Shown one piece after another: positions 63,994 to 64,000 of a DNA stretch of 64,000 nucleotides. Source of the stretch: Ruditapes philippinarum (lineage: Eukaryota); contig NW_026867228.1 in the NCBI RefSeq assembly GCF_026571515.1, forward strand, positions 124,001-188,000, written 5' to 3'. Below the pieces are notes generated by a model. It did no database searches and was not told the DNA's origin. It saw only the letters and a program-made list of their open reading frames with translations. Position numbers and translations under genes: made by a program. The number at the start of each line of letters is the position of its first letter. Positions within the stretch are counted from its first letter, which is position 1.

Positions 63994-64000
63994 GTACTGT

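Overview
AT-rich eukaryotic DNA with spliced genes. The repeat types and the C1q genes point to a bivalve mollusc (inference only). The dominant structure is a ~40.7-kb inverted duplication: left arm ~9,645-30,720, right arm ~31,725-50,330, with a ~1-kb non-mirrored spacer. Each arm carries a spliced CFAP410 (C21orf2) gene pointing outward and a 3-exon secreted globular-head C1q gene pointing inward. Arm identity is patchy by eye: near-identical in some tracts, roughly 75-85% in CFAP410 introns, with many arm-specific transposon insertions. The two C1q copies are both intact but differ at clustered loop residues. The two CFAP410 copies have different 5' ends: the right copy's ATG lies at the edge of a 3.3-kb transposon-like insert, while the left copy keeps a different upstream region and has more damaging-looking changes. 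The inner arm ends lie in a ~140-bp tandem repeat with a palindromic core. Outside the duplication are a ~1.1-kb direct repeat pair, SINEs, MITEs, Helentron-like and hairpin-type elements, an unexplained GC-richer hairpin-rich island (~59.4-60.3 kb), a 4-exon gene for a small secreted Gly/Tyr/Met-rich protein, and the first coding exon of a BTB/POZ gene. All alignments and identity figures were done by eye.
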